DNA of 63,570 nucleotides, filler included, from a bacterium (GTDB lineage Bacteria; JAJRZV01), in NCBI GenBank assembly GCA_024275095.1. It is 8 parts of 8 records of this genome, joined end to end, with 100 filler letters (N's around TTAATTAATTAA, not from the genome) between each part and the next. Parts side by side here need not be neighbours in the genome. Positions count along the whole stretch, not along the records: positions 60,045 to 63,570 come from JAJRZV010000021.1; 7 more parts are not named here. One strand, given 5' to 3'. The stretch's first letter is position 1. Each line of letters opens with the position of its first letter. Under the pieces are notes generated by a model. That model was given only the letters and a program-made list of their open reading frames with translations, was not told the origin of the DNA and ran no database searches. The translations under genes were made by a program, and so were the position numbers. Positions 62,926 to 63,570 of this stretch are shown here, piece after piece.

Positions 62926-63182
62926 TTTTTTCCTTCACGAATCTTTCTGAGTACACGAACACCATCCCACCCGCCAGCTTTTGCACGAAGTCTCTCCTGA
63001 ACCTCAACCGCCCTTCTGGCTCTTTCCCTTCTGAGTTTTTCCTCTCGCATCCTTTCGTATTCCCTGATGAACATCTCCGCTGCTTCTCTCAACAAATGGC
63101 TCCGGCTTTTCTTCTCCGCCTTCGCAATCTCGTCCAGCTTTTTTATCATCTCCTCGTTCATAACCGTATTTATGCGTATCAT
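62922..63182 (-). CDS. CopG/RHH-family antitoxin
   Basis: RINTVM..E...KLDEIAK..KKSRS.L.REA; ATGA overlap with vapC. Confidence 0.88.
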   Translation of the reverse strand: MIRINTVMNEEMIKKLDEIAKAEKKSRSHLLREAAEMFIREYERMREEKLRRERARRAVEVQERLRAKAGGWDGVRVLRKIREGKK

Positions 63183-63199
63183 AATTCCACCTCTAATAT

Positions 63200-63247
63200 T
63201 ACACATTTTTGTTGTGTATCATAAATCGCTCCCCTCACCCCTGTCAA
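63200..63247 (-). promoter_or_regulatory. vapBC promoter with palindromic operator
   Basis: TTGACA-N18-TATGAT; TACACA-N7-TGTGTA inverted repeat (63200-63218) over the predicted start site. Confidence 0.7.
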
Positions 63248-63274
63248 CGGCGTTTCATCAACCAGAAGCAACCC

Positions 63275-63298
63275 GGGGTCTGGTCTCAACATTTGACA
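63275..63298 (+). repeat. 24-bp dispersed motif, copy 3 (GGGGTCTGGTCTCAACATTTGACA)
   Basis: Matches copies at 151-174 and 28302-28325 with one mismatch each. Confidence 0.85.
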
Positions 63299-63442
63299 AA
63301 AGATTGTCTGCTTCCACCGGTGTACCGTCCCGGGCGATACCGGGTACCGTCTGGCCGCCTCCTCAACCGATAGCCCGCCTCTCGAAACCGCAAGCACAAC
63401 CTCAAGCTTCTGCTCCAGCGGTATCTCTGCCTTCCTGCCCGT
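63299..63442 (-). mobile_element. IS3-like OrfA (HTH) transposase remnant
   Basis: GAGGAGG RBS, then ACG in place of ATG, then GRKAEIPLEQKLEVVLAV.RG.LSVEEAARRY.VS.GTVHRWK; breaks off at the repeat motif. Confidence 0.6.
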
Positions 63443-63570
63443 GGCTCACCTCCTCATTTGAAACTGTTTCTATTTTATCCCTGACCTTTGAACTGATTGA
63501 ATTCCTGCCAGTTTTTCTTTTTCTATTTTCGCCCTGAAGGCCCCGAGCCTGCTCGTGAGGTCTCACTTAT

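Overview
The window is not one continuous locus. It is eight contig pieces of a draft or metagenome-assembled bacterial genome, joined by artificial 100-nt N/TTAATTAATTAA/N linkers. Gene content (dcw cluster followed by a radical SAM gene, chemosensory cluster with HEAT/GAF genes, Kelch/MopE-type and FHA-GAF-cyclase proteins) suggests a diderm, Deltaproteobacteria-like organism; this is inference only. The pieces contain: (1) LPS glycosyltransferases/O-antigen ligase, glycoside-hydrolase-like lipoproteins, an atypical acyl-CoA dehydrogenase and a KamA-family gene; (2) a chemosensory cluster and ndk; (3) murB-ddl-ftsQAZ, a radical SAM gene and tRNA-Arg; (4) tRNA-Leu and envelope proteins; (5) CoA-metabolism genes, NfeD/slipin, two gluzincin-propeller-barrel outer-membrane proteins, a pentapeptide protein, an FHA-GAF-cyclase and an IS256 remnant; (6) tRNA-Arg, lipoproteins and a Kelch protein; (7) apgM and an RNB protein; (8) a cobalamin riboswitch, a DUF438/hemerythrin/PAS protein, vapBC and an IS remnant. 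The most striking unexplained structure is that all three tRNA genes are followed by a ~210-240 bp non-coding module. Each module has an inverted copy of part of its own tRNA T-arm/3' end, a shared AGCGGA(A/G)CG..CAT motif, and a direct duplicate of its own tRNA 3' end. Also notable are a 24-bp element-end motif found three times on different contigs (twice at apparent gene truncation points), three ORFs broken by single in-frame stops, an acyl-CoA dehydrogenase with no catalytic Glu, and a probable CTG start codon.
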